The position numbers were made by a program, and so were the translations under genes. A model generated the notes under the pieces. The model had not been told where the DNA came from, did not search any database, and worked only from the letters and a program-made list of their open reading frames with translations. Shown here one piece after another: positions 55,654 through 64,000 of a DNA stretch of 64,000 nt. How positions within the stretch are numbered: the stretch's first letter is position 1; every line of letters begins with the position of its first letter. This DNA comes from Alphaproteobacteria bacterium (GTDB taxonomy: Bacteria > Pseudomonadota > Alphaproteobacteria > MPNO01 > UBA830): positions 1,984,001 to 2,048,000 of the forward strand of contig OZ219791.1 of assembly GCA_964291215.2 (NCBI GenBank), written 5' to 3'.

Positions 55654-56326
55654 TGCCTTTCCTCTCGTATTGCCGGGAATGCTGCTCAAGTTGAAGCCGC
55701 GTGGGAACATCCATGCCGCGCCGTACCGCCGGCCGTTCACGAACGGCATCATACCATCTCGCAAGGTGCGGTGTAGCGGCGAGGTCGATATCGAGCCATC
55801 GATGCAGCGCGATCCACGGGAAGGCGGCGATATCGGCGATGCTGTACTCCGCACCCGCGAGCCAGGCAACGTCGGCGAGGCGGGTCTCCATCACGGCGCA
55901 CAGCCGGCGCACCTCGGCTCCGTACCGCGTCCTGCCGTAGGTTATCGCTTGCGCCGGTGCGCCGGCTTGGTGCAGGAAATGAAACGCCTGCCCGAATTGC
56001 GGGCCGATGCTGCCCATCTGCCACATGAGCCACTGGATCGCGGTCCATCGCGCGGCTGCGGCCGCGGGAAGGAACGAGGCCGTCTTGTCGGCAAGATAGA
56101 GAAGGATGGCGCCGGATTCGAACAGCGAAAGCGGCTGGTCGCCGGGCCCGTCACGGTCGACGATCGCCGGGATCCTGCCGTTGGGGCTGATCGTCCGGAA
56201 CGCCGGTTCGTACTGTTCGCCGGCAACGATGTCCACGGGATGGAGCTCGTAGTCGAGACCGCACTCCTCGAGCATGATCGAGACCTTGCGCCCGTTTGAC
56301 GTGCGCCAGCTGTAAAGATCGATCAT
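55646..56326 (-). CDS. Glutathione S-transferase (YfcG/Nu-like)
   Basis: MIDLYSWRTSNG, SPNGRIPA, FESGA. Confidence 0.9.
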   Translation of the reverse strand: MIDLYSWRTSNGRKVSIMLEECGLDYELHPVDIVAGEQYEPAFRTISPNGRIPAIVDRDGPGDQPLSLFESGAILLYLADKTASFLPAAAAARWTAIQWLMWQMGSIGPQFGQAFHFLHQAGAPAQAITYGRTRYGAEVRRLCAVMETRLADVAWLAGAEYSIADIAAFPWIALHRWLDIDLAATPHLARWYDAVRERPAVRRGMDVPTRLQLEQHSRQYERKGND

Positions 56327-56398
56327 CGCCGGCCGGCGGGCGGGAACGCCGCGAGCGGGGGCGAACCCGGATCCCGCCGCCAGGATCCGTTCCGGAGC

Positions 56399-57124
56399 CT
56401 ATTCCGCGGCCAGGCCCTGCGAGGACTGGGTCTTGCCGTACATGATCTCCCAGGCCTTGTCGCTGTGCGTGTTGTCGACGCGCCTGTGATCCTTCAGCGT
56501 CTCCAGCGCCGCGACGACCTGCGGACGCTGCCAGATCCGGTCGCGCCAGCGTTCGAGATTCGGGTATTGGGCAATGTCAATGCCCTGCTTCTTGGGATCG
56601 CGGAGCCATGGCATGATCGCCATGTCGGCAATGGTGTATTCGCCCGCGGCTATCCATTCCTTGTCGGCAAGCCGGCGGTCGATGACGCCATAGATGCGGT
56701 TGCCCTCGTTGACATAGCGGTCGATACCGTACTGCAGGTTTTCGCGCTCGACGCGTTCCGGGGCGTAGGCATGGAAGTGGTGCGCCTGGCCCAGCATCGG
56801 TCCAACCGAACCCATCTGGAACATCAGCCACTGCAGCACGTCGTAGTGCTTGCGTTCGTCCTTCGGCAGGAAGCGGCCGGTCTTGTTGGCGAGATAGATC
56901 AGGATCGCGGCCGACTCGAACACCGAGATCGGTTCGCCGCCGGGTCCGTCCTGGTCGACGATCGCCGGCATCTTGTTGTTGGGGCTGATGCGAAGGAAAT
57001 CCGGTTTGAACTGATCCCCCTGCTGAATGTTGATCGGAATGATCTTGTGTTCGATCTCCGCCTCATGGAGGAGGATATGGACCTTGTGGCCATTGGGCGT
57101 CGGCCAAGTGTAGACATCGATCAT
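56399..57124 (-). CDS. Glutathione S-transferase (YfcG/Nu-like)
   Basis: MIDVYTWPTPNG, SPNNKMPA, GPMLGQAHHF. Confidence 0.9.
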   Translation of the reverse strand: MIDVYTWPTPNGHKVHILLHEAEIEHKIIPINIQQGDQFKPDFLRISPNNKMPAIVDQDGPGGEPISVFESAAILIYLANKTGRFLPKDERKHYDVLQWLMFQMGSVGPMLGQAHHFHAYAPERVERENLQYGIDRYVNEGNRIYGVIDRRLADKEWIAAGEYTIADMAIMPWLRDPKKQGIDIAQYPNLERWRDRIWQRPQVVAALETLKDHRRVDNTHSDKAWEIMYGKTQSSQGLAAE

Positions 57125-57194
57125 GGTGCGGTTTTTCCCTTGCTGGTCGCGTGTCTCGTAACTGCAGTGTAGATGATATGTCGCGTTGTTGCGG

Positions 57195-58640
57195 TCAAGC
57201 CTTCAGCCGGTCGCGCAGGATCTCGTTGACCGCCTTCGGATTGGCCTTGCCTCCGGTGGCCTTCATGATCTGGCCGACGAACCAGCCGAGGACCTTCTGG
57301 TTCCCGGAAGCGAACTGGGCCACCTGTTTCGGCGCGCCGGCAATGATCTCGTCGATTGCCGCCTCCAGCGTTGCAGTGTCGCTGACCTGCGTCATGCCCC
57401 GGTCGGCGACGATCCGGGCGGGATCGTCGCCGGTCTCGAACATGATTTCGAAGACATCCTTGGCGAGGCGGTTCGACAGGGTGCCGTCCGAAATCAGGTC
57501 GAGCAGCCGTCCCAGCGCGGCAGTGTCGACCGGGGTGTCGGAAAACGCGATGCCGGCGCGGTTGAGGGCGCCGAACAGCTCGCCGGTCACCCAATTGGCG
57601 GCCATCGCCGCATCGCGGCCGGCGGCCACCGTTTCGTAGTAGTCGGCGATCTCCCGTTCGGCGACAAGGGCGTCGGCGGCGGCGAGGCCGTACTCCTCCA
57701 TGAACCGGCGCTTCTTGACATCGGGCAGCTCGGGCAGGGTCTCGCGGATCGCCGCGATCCAGTCCTCGTCCAGTTCGAGCGGCGGCAGGTCGGGATCGGG
57801 GAAGTAGCGATAATCGTGCGCGTCCTCCTTGTTGCGCATCGGCCGGGTGACGCCCCTGTCGGCATCGAACAGGCGCGTCTCCTGTTCGATTTCGCCGCCG
57901 TCCTCGATGATCTCGATCTGGCGGCGGACCTCGAACTCTATGGCCTGGCGCATGAAGCGGATCGAATTCACGTTCTTGACCTCGCAGCGGGTCCCAAGGC
58001 CCTCTCCCGGTCGCCGCACCGAGATGTTGACGTCCACCCGCAGCGACCCCTCCTGCATGTTGCCGTCGCAGCTGCCGATATAGCGGAGGATGGAGCGCAG
58101 CTTGGCGACATAGGCGCCAGCCTCCTCGGCCGAGCGCAGGTCGGGCTCGGACACGATCTCCATGAGCGCGACGCCCGCGCGGTTGAGATCGACCAGCGTC
58201 CGCCGCGGATCGCGGTCATGCACCGACTTGCCGGCGTCCTGTTCGAGGTGGAGCCGCGTGATCCCGATGTCACGTGCCGTGCCGTCCTCGAGATCGATGC
58301 GGAGGCTGCCGGCACCGACCACGGGGTTCTCGTACTGCGAAATCTGATAGCCCTGCGGAAGATCGGGATAGAAGTAGTTCTTGCGGGCGAATATCGAGAT
58401 CTGGTTGATCTTGGCGTTGAGCGCGAGGCCGGTGCGGACCGCCTGTTCCACCGCGCACGCGTTGAGCACCGGCAGCATGCCCGGCATGGCCGCATCGACG
58501 AACGACACCTGCGTGTTGGGTTCGGCACCGAATTCCGTCGATGCCCCCGAGAAGAGCTTCGACCTGGAGGCGACCTGGGCGTGCACCTCAAGCCCGATGA
58601 CGGTCTCCCAGTCGCCGGTCCTGCCCTGCATCATCGACAT
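57195..58640 (-). CDS. gatB: Asp/Glu-tRNA amidotransferase subunit B
   Basis: [40 protein letters not shown]. Confidence 0.97.
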   Translation of the reverse strand: MSMMQGRTGDWETVIGLEVHAQVASRSKLFSGASTEFGAEPNTQVSFVDAAMPGMLPVLNACAVEQAVRTGLALNAKINQISIFARKNYFYPDLPQGYQISQYENPVVGAGSLRIDLEDGTARDIGITRLHLEQDAGKSVHDRDPRRTLVDLNRAGVALMEIVSEPDLRSAEEAGAYVAKLRSILRYIGSCDGNMQEGSLRVDVNISVRRPGEGLGTRCEVKNVNSIRFMRQAIEFEVRRQIEIIEDGGEIEQETRLFDADRGVTRPMRNKEDAHDYRYFPDPDLPPLELDEDWIAAIRETLPELPDVKKRRFMEEYGLAAADALVAEREIADYYETVAAGRDAAMAANWVTGELFGALNRAGIAFSDTPVDTAALGRLLDLISDGTLSNRLAKDVFEIMFETGDDPARIVADRGMTQVSDTATLEAAIDEIIAGAPKQVAQFASGNQKVLGWFVGQIMKATGGKANPKAVNEILRDRLKA

Positions 58641-58668
58641 CTCGCCCCTTTCTCCCGGAGCCTTCCGG

Positions 58669-58977
58669 TCATCCCCGCATCAGCCAGGCCACGAACAGCG
58701 TCAGCAGGGTAAACGCGCTGACCCGGAACGCATAGAGCCGTCCCATGCGCAGCCAGTAGTTCCGCGTCTCCTGGCGCCGCTGCTCGACAGAACCGGTGTG
58801 CGCCCGCATGTTCTCGAATTTCGGCCAGGTGAGGCGGTAGAGTTCGTAGGTCGGCCACAACTGCACGCTGGCGCATAGCGCGATCGCCGCCAGCATGCCG
58901 AGGTTCGAGAAATCGAGGAGCCGGTAGCCGATCAGGCCGAGGCTGGTATGGATCAGGATGTACCAGGCAAGCGCCAT
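58669..58977 (-). CDS. Hypothetical small membrane protein
   Basis: Fills the gatA-gatB gap on the same strand; hydrophobic segments at both ends. Confidence 0.6.
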   Translation of the reverse strand: MALAWYILIHTSLGLIGYRLLDFSNLGMLAAIALCASVQLWPTYELYRLTWPKFENMRAHTGSVEQRRQETRNYWLRMGRLYAFRVSAFTLLTLFVAWLMRG

Positions 58978-58991
58978 CGCGCCACGGGCCG

Positions 58992-60497
58992 TCAGCAGGC
59001 ATCGCCGCCGGCGTCCTGCGCGCCCGTGCCGCTGGGCGCGGCGGTGTCGAATCCGGCCGCGTCCTCGATCGCGCGCGCTGCCGAGAACAGCGTCGGCTCG
59101 TCGAACGGGCGTGCGATTAGCTGCAGGCCGAGCGGCAGCCCGTCCGCGGTCAGCCCTGCGGGAACCGAGATCGCAGGCAGTCCGGCCAGCGAGCTTGGCA
59201 CCGTGAGCATGTCGTTCAGGTACATGGCGATCGGATCGTCGGACTTTTCGCCCATGGCAAAGGCCGGTTCCGGCGTCGTCGGCGTCAGGATCACGTCGCA
59301 GCTTTCGAAGGCTTCCGTGAAGTCGCGGATGATGAGGGTGCGCACCTGCTGCGCCTTCACGTAGTAGGCGTCGTAATAGCCCTGCGACAGTACGTAGGTG
59401 CCGATGAGGATGCGCCGCCGGACTTCGGCGCCGAAGCCCACGCTCCTTGTCTTCCCGTACATGCTGCCGAGGTCGTCGGCATCTTCGCGCAGGCCGTAGC
59501 GCACGCCGTCATAGCGTGCCAGGTTGGACGAGGCCTCGGCCGGGGCAATTATGTAGTAGGCCGGAAGCGCGTAACGGGTGTGCTTCAGGCTGATCCCGAC
59601 GGGTTCGGCGCCGGCTGCCGCGAGCCATTCCCGCCCGCGGTCCCAGAGCGCGGCAACATCCGGATTGATGCCGTCGACCGCGTATTCCGCGGGGATCCCG
59701 ACTCTGAGGCCGCGCACCGGGCGTTCGAGCGCGGCCTCGCAGTCGGGCTGCGGAACGTCGGCGGAGGTGGAATCCGCCGGATCGAAGCCCGCCATACCGC
59801 CGAGCATGATCGCCGCGTCGCGCACCGTGCGCGTCATCGGGCCCGCCTGGTCGAGCGAAGACGCGAAGGCCACGATCCCCCAGCGGGAACATCTTCCGTA
59901 GGTCGGCTTCATCCCGACGATGCCGCAGAACGCGGCCGGCTGGCGGATGGATCCGCCGGTGTCGGTTCCCACCGCGCCGGCGCAGAGCCGCGCCGCGACG
60001 GCCGCGGCCGAACCGCCCGAGGATCCTCCGGGGACCAGTGGCCGGTCGTCGCCGCTGCGCCGCCAGGGGTTGACGACCCCGCCGAAATGGCTCGTTTCGC
60101 TGGATGAGCCCATTGCGAACTCGTCGAGATTGGTCTTGCCCAGGAGCACGCTGCCGGCATGGCGGAGATTGGCCGAGACCGTGCTTTCGTAGGGCGGAAC
60201 GAAGCCCTCGAGAATGCGCGATGCCGCCGTCGTCATGATCCCTTCGGTGCACAGGAGATCCTTTACGGCGATCGGTACGCCGTCGAGCGGACCGAGGGTG
60301 TCCTTGGCGGCGCGCCGGGCGTCGGACGCGTCGGCGTCGGCGAGCGCGCGCTCCGGGGTTTCGGTGACGAACGCGTTCAGCGCCCGTCCGTCCGCCATCG
60401 CCGCGATGTGCGCTTCGGCCAGTTCGTGCGCCGAGATCTCGCCTGCCGCGAGGAGGTCGCGTCCATCGGCGATGGAGAGGTCTGTCAGGCCGACCAC
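58992..60497 (-). CDS. gatA: Asp/Glu-tRNA amidotransferase subunit A
   Basis: [32 protein letters not shown]; GTG start overlapping gatC stop. Confidence 0.95.
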   Translation of the reverse strand: MVGLTDLSIADGRDLLAAGEISAHELAEAHIAAMADGRALNAFVTETPERALADADASDARRAAKDTLGPLDGVPIAVKDLLCTEGIMTTAASRILEGFVPPYESTVSANLRHAGSVLLGKTNLDEFAMGSSSETSHFGGVVNPWRRSGDDRPLVPGGSSGGSAAAVAARLCAGAVGTDTGGSIRQPAAFCGIVGMKPTYGRCSRWGIVAFASSLDQAGPMTRTVRDAAIMLGGMAGFDPADSTSADVPQPDCEAALERPVRGLRVGIPAEYAVDGINPDVAALWDRGREWLAAAGAEPVGISLKHTRYALPAYYIIAPAEASSNLARYDGVRYGLREDADDLGSMYGKTRSVGFGAEVRRRILIGTYVLSQGYYDAYYVKAQQVRTLIIRDFTEAFESCDVILTPTTPEPAFAMGEKSDDPIAMYLNDMLTVPSSLAGLPAISVPAGLTADGLPLGLQLIARPFDEPTLFSAARAIEDAAGFDTAAPSGTGAQDAGGDAC

Positions 60498-60784
60498 TAC
60501 TCGACCACTTTCGGCACGGCGAACATATCCTGTTGTCGGTCGGGCGCGTTGGCGGTGACCTTTTCGGCGATTCCGCCGTCCGTGATCTCGTCGGAGCGAT
60601 GGCGCAACCTGGTCTTGGTCACCGAAGCGACCGGCGGGACGCCGGCGGTGTCCACCTCCCCGAGCTGCTCGACCCAGAGCAGGATATTCGAAAGCTCCTC
60701 GGCGAGCGGTCCGAGGTCGTCCTCGGACACGTCCACGCGGGCGAGCCGCGCGATGCCCCTGACTGTTTCCTGGTCTACGGACAT
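60497..60784 (-). CDS. gatC: Asp/Glu-tRNA amidotransferase subunit C
   Basis: [16 protein letters not shown]...NAP...FAVPKVVE. Confidence 0.95.
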   Translation of the reverse strand: MSVDQETVRGIARLARVDVSEDDLGPLAEELSNILLWVEQLGEVDTAGVPPVASVTKTRLRHRSDEITDGGIAEKVTANAPDRQQDMFAVPKVVE

Positions 60785-60892
60785 GTGCGGTCGATCCTTC
60801 GGGGAAAAGCGCGGCGAACCTATCACTGGGCCCGGGGAGCGGCAAGGCGGGCGCTTCTTCCCTGCGCCGCGCCGGTGGCGTATGTATGGGGT

Positions 60893-61369
60893 GTGATAGT
60901 CGATGAGCTCATAGCGCTGTCCGAACGGCTGCCCGAACGCGCCTGCCTGGCCGGCCTCGACCACGGCACCAAGACCATCGGCGTCGCGGTCTCCGACGAC
61001 GAACGCAGGGTTGCCGCTGCGCTGACGACGATCCGGCGCACGAAATTCACCCGTGACGCAGAGGCGCTCATCGGCATCCTGTCCGAATACGGGATTGCGG
61101 GAATCGTCCTCGGTCTGCCGCTCAGCATGGATGGCACCGAGGGCAGGCGGTGCCAGTCCGTGCGCCAGTTCGCCGACAACCTGTCGCACAAGACCGATAT
61201 TCCGATCGCCTTCTGGGACGAACGCCTGTCCTCGCGGGCTGTCGAACGTCAGCTGATCGCACACGACGTCAGCCGCCGCCGCCGCGCCGCTGCCGTCGAC
61301 AGGATGGCGGCCCAGGTCATCCTTCAGGGCGCCCTGGACCATCTTGCCTTGCGGCAGGATCGCCGATAG
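60893..61369 (+). CDS. ruvX: YqgF/RuvX family nuclease
   Basis: [42 protein letters not shown]; start uncertain. Confidence 0.9.
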   Translation: MIVDELIALSERLPERACLAGLDHGTKTIGVAVSDDERRVAAALTTIRRTKFTRDAEALIGILSEYGIAGIVLGLPLSMDGTEGRRCQSVRQFADNLSHKTDIPIAFWDERLSSRAVERQLIAHDVSRRRRAAAVDRMAAQVILQGALDHLALRQDRR

Positions 61370-61402
61370 CCGGGACGGTGCGGCGGAAGCCCGCCATTCC
61401 GT

Positions 61403-62098
61403 TCAGCCGGCGGCGATAGGCTCGATGCAGCGGGGGTCGTCGTGGTGGGCGCTGTTGACCAGGGTGCTCACCCTGACCGATGTCATCGCGCGGTCCGGGA
61501 AAGGGGTGAGAGGGACATCGTCGCCGGCCAGCCACGTTCCCGCCGCTTCCGGGTCCAGAATTACCGGCATGCGGTGATGAACGGGGCCCACGACACCGTT
61601 CGCCTCGGTTGTCAGGATGGTGCAGGTCTCGAGCGGGTTGCTCGAGGGCCGGTCGTCGAAAAGGCCCGGAAGTCCGGCTTCGGGCGGCGCCGTCCAGCTC
61701 TCCCAGAGGCCAGCCAGCGCGAACGGCCGCCGGTATCTCGTGGTAAAGAGGTAGGGCTGGCGCTGCCCTTCTTCGCGTTTCCACTCGAAGAATCCGTCCG
61801 CCGGAACGATGCAGCGCTGGGCCCTGAACGCTGCGCGGAATGACGGTTTTTCGCGTACGGTCTCGGCGCGCGCGTTGATGAGCCGGTGGCCGATTCCGGG
61901 GTCTGCAGCCCTGGGCGGCACGAGCCCCCACCGGAGCATTGCCAGGCACCGTCCGTCCCGTTCGCCGCGTATCGCCGCTACCTGCTGTCCCGGCGCGACA
62001 TTGTAGCGCGGCTTGAGGTCGACCGGGGGACCGTTGAGCGCACCGAACAGTTCGATCAGGTCGTCCCAGGAGAAGCTCTGGGTAAATCTTCCGCACAT
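61403..62098 (-). CDS. SOS response-associated peptidase (SRAP/YedK)
   Basis: MCGRF, RYNVAP, INARAET, ADGFFEW, HHRMPVIL. Confidence 0.93.
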   Translation of the reverse strand: MCGRFTQSFSWDDLIELFGALNGPPVDLKPRYNVAPGQQVAAIRGERDGRCLAMLRWGLVPPRAADPGIGHRLINARAETVREKPSFRAAFRAQRCIVPADGFFEWKREEGQRQPYLFTTRYRRPFALAGLWESWTAPPEAGLPGLFDDRPSSNPLETCTILTTEANGVVGPVHHRMPVILDPEAAGTWLAGDDVPLTPFPDRAMTSVRVSTLVNSAHHDDPRCIEPIAAG

Positions 62099-62203
62099 TA
62101 CGGCGCGCCGCCGCGGACCGTATCCGGCCATGATGGCGGGTCGGCAGGCATGCCCCGGCGCGGTGTGGGCGCGTTTGCAATCTCCTGCCGATCGGCTAAT
62201 ATA

Positions 62204-62222
62204 CTATTGATATTCATTAGCA
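62204..62222 (+). promoter_or_regulatory. Fur-box-like site upstream of bfd
   Basis: CTATTGATATTCATTAGCA resembles GATAATGATAATCATTATC; AT-rich patch before an iron-related gene. Confidence 0.5.
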
Positions 62223-62247
62223 AGTATAACGCTGCGGCGGAAAGCCC

Positions 62248-62460
62248 ATGTACGTCTGCATCTGCAACGCGATTCGCGAGACGGAAGTCCGGGAACTCGT
62301 CCGCGCCGGCATCAGGACCGCCGAGCAGGCCTATGAGACATTCGGCTGCCAGCCGCTTTGCACCCACTGCGCCGACTACATGCAGGAGGTTCTCGGTGAG
62401 GAGGTTCGGCAGATCGAGGCCGCGTCGGCGCAGCCTTATTCGGGACTTGTGAACGACTGA
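62248..62460 (+). CDS. bfd: Bacterioferritin-associated ferredoxin
   Basis: MYVCICNAI...CTHC; adjacent to bfr. Confidence 0.88.
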   Translation: MYVCICNAIRETEVRELVRAGIRTAEQAYETFGCQPLCTHCADYMQEVLGEEVRQIEAASAQPYSGLVND

Positions 62461-62909
62461 AGGAAATTCTGGAGCCCGACGCTCTCGATCAGGGCGAGCT
62501 GGGTTTCCAGCCAGTCTATGTGTTCCTCTTCGTTCTCCATGATGGCCACGAAAATGTCGCGCGAAACATAATCGGCGACCTTCTCGCAGTGCCCTGCCGC
62601 CACGACCAGGTCCTTGTGGGAATCGTGCTCGAGTTGAAGATCTGCTCGCAGGGCCTCCTCGACGTTCTCTCCGATCCGCAGGCGCCCGAGATTCTGGAGG
62701 TTGGGAATCCCGTCGAGAAAGAGGATGCGCCCGATCAGCGTGTCGGCATGCTTCATCTCGTCGATGGACTCGCGGTATTCGATGTCGTTGAGCTTGTCCA
62801 GGCCCCAGTTCTTGAACATGCGCGCGTGAAGGAAGTACTGGTTGATGGCGGTCAACTCGTTCTTCAGCACCGTGTTGAGGTGTTGGATCACATCCTTGTC
62901 GCCCTGCAT
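62436..62909 (-). CDS. bfr: Bacterioferritin
   Basis: [36 protein letters not shown]. Confidence 0.96.
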   Translation of the reverse strand: MQGDKDVIQHLNTVLKNELTAINQYFLHARMFKNWGLDKLNDIEYRESIDEMKHADTLIGRILFLDGIPNLQNLGRLRIGENVEEALRADLQLEHDSHKDLVVAAGHCEKVADYVSRDIFVAIMENEEEHIDWLETQLALIESVGLQNFLQSFTSPE

Positions 62910-62965
62910 TCTGCTGCTCCTTCCCGCTTCCCGGTCTCTTTGCCGCCAGCGCATACCCTAGCCAC

Positions 62966-63346
62966 TTAAGTTTGTGGCTGCAATCCGCCGGCGACCATGG
63001 GGCCGAGCTGCGCGCCGGCCAAGATGTGGACATGGAGATGCATCACCTCCTGCTGGGCGTCGTCGCCGTGGTTGGTGATGAGCCGGTATCCTGTTGCGTC
63101 GACGCCCAGGAGTGCTGCCGTTTCCCCGATCGCCGCCACGTACCCGGCCTGCGCAGCCGGCGGCGCATTGGCTGCGAAATCGGCCCACGATACGTATGGC
63201 CCCTTGGGGATCACGAGCACATGGACCGGCGCCTGGGGGTTGATGTCCTTGAAGGCCAGGGCGTGCCCGGTCTCGTGAACCTTGGTGCAGGGGATCTCGC
63301 CGCGGAGAATCCGGGCAAAGAGGTTGCTGTCGTCATATGCCGTCAT
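62966..63346 (-). CDS. HIT family nucleotide hydrolase
   Basis: FARILRGEIP, DINPQAPVH, HLHVH. Confidence 0.92.
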   Translation of the reverse strand: MTAYDDSNLFARILRGEIPCTKVHETGHALAFKDINPQAPVHVLVIPKGPYVSWADFAANAPPAAQAGYVAAIGETAALLGVDATGYRLITNHGDDAQQEVMHLHVHILAGAQLGPMVAGGLQPQT

Positions 63347-63681
63347 GTCTTTCCTCGTGAAGCTTTTTCCTGCAGCCCGGACACGCCCTCGCGCCGCGCC
63401 AGTTCTGCGGCGATGTCCGCCGGCGTTATGCCGGCATCGGCCCATGCGACGAGCAGATGATAGAGGAGGTCGGCGCTTTCCGAGACCAGCGCATCGCGAT
63501 CGTGCGCGATCGCCGCGATAACCGTTTCCAGCGCTTCTTCACCCAGCTTGCGCGCGACCTTCTCCGTGCCGTCCGCCAGCAACCGCGCCGTGTAGGACGA
63601 GGACGTATCGCCCCCGGCCCGCGATCTGACGACCGCATGGAGGCGGTCGATCACCTCACCGATGTCTCTGCTGTCTGTCAT
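63343..63681 (-). CDS. hisE: Phosphoribosyl-ATP diphosphatase
   Basis: SYTARLL, KLGEEALE, ESADLLYHL, REGVSG. Confidence 0.93.
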   Translation of the reverse strand: MTDSRDIGEVIDRLHAVVRSRAGGDTSSSYTARLLADGTEKVARKLGEEALETVIAAIAHDRDALVSESADLLYHLLVAWADAGITPADIAAELARREGVSGLQEKASRGKT

Positions 63682-64000
63682 GGGCCCGCCGTGCCGGCCT
63701 GTCTCGGGACGACCGGTTTGCTGCTCACCGCTGGCCGGCGTCGCGAACCTGGCAGCGGAGCCGGTCGAAGCAGCCCGCGGCGATCATGACCGCCGCCGGT
63801 GATGCTGCTGCTTCGAGAAGCGGAGCGCACAAGCGCCGGAAGTCGAGATCCTTGCATATCGGCTCGCGGACATGTTTGCTCGAAGTGCCGCAGCCGCGCC
63901 TGCCGACCCGATCGTCCGCGAAGCCTCCGATGGGCTTGGGCGGCGAAACGTTCATCCTGCTCATGGCGCGACACCGTTATGCATTGACCTGTCAAGTTTG

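Noticed and set aside
63678-64000. Short ORFs upstream of hisE
   Set aside because: No motifs, overlapping alternatives and window edge; cannot be supported.

Overview
High-GC bacterial chromosome segment, most consistent with an alphaproteobacterium (inferred from protein styles; a host-associated or symbiont lifestyle is possible but not provable here). Two blocks of intact housekeeping and catabolic genes (1-23.4 kb and 49-64 kb) flank a ~25 kb accessory island (23.8-48.5 kb). The first block has a coxMSL-like molybdoenzyme, glmU, glmS, gabD, gor, a sulfotransferase, a Rieske oxygenase, type B L36, LLM oxidoreductases and hydantoinase A/B. The second has glcDEF, a TPP enzyme, three GSTs, gatCAB, ruvX, SRAP, bfd/bfr, HIT and hisE. 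The island holds intact cargo genes (HelD/UvrD helicase, VapBC-type pair, two DEDDh exonucleases, an ApeA-like HEPN protein, cueR-DUF4396) and nested mobile elements (IS256 x3 plus an extra end, IS630::IS1634, IS66-like::group II intron, DUF4338-IS4 x2). The strongest signal is that six unrelated mobile-element types carry many very uniform micro-deletions (mostly 5-6 bp, sometimes 7 or 12), while ends and several target duplications survive and neighbouring genes and some dead fragments are spared. G/C homopolymer expansions co-occur. This is either an undescribed element-directed deletion (RIP-like) process or a repeat-specific assembly artefact; raw reads would decide. No CRISPR, rRNA or tRNA was recognised.
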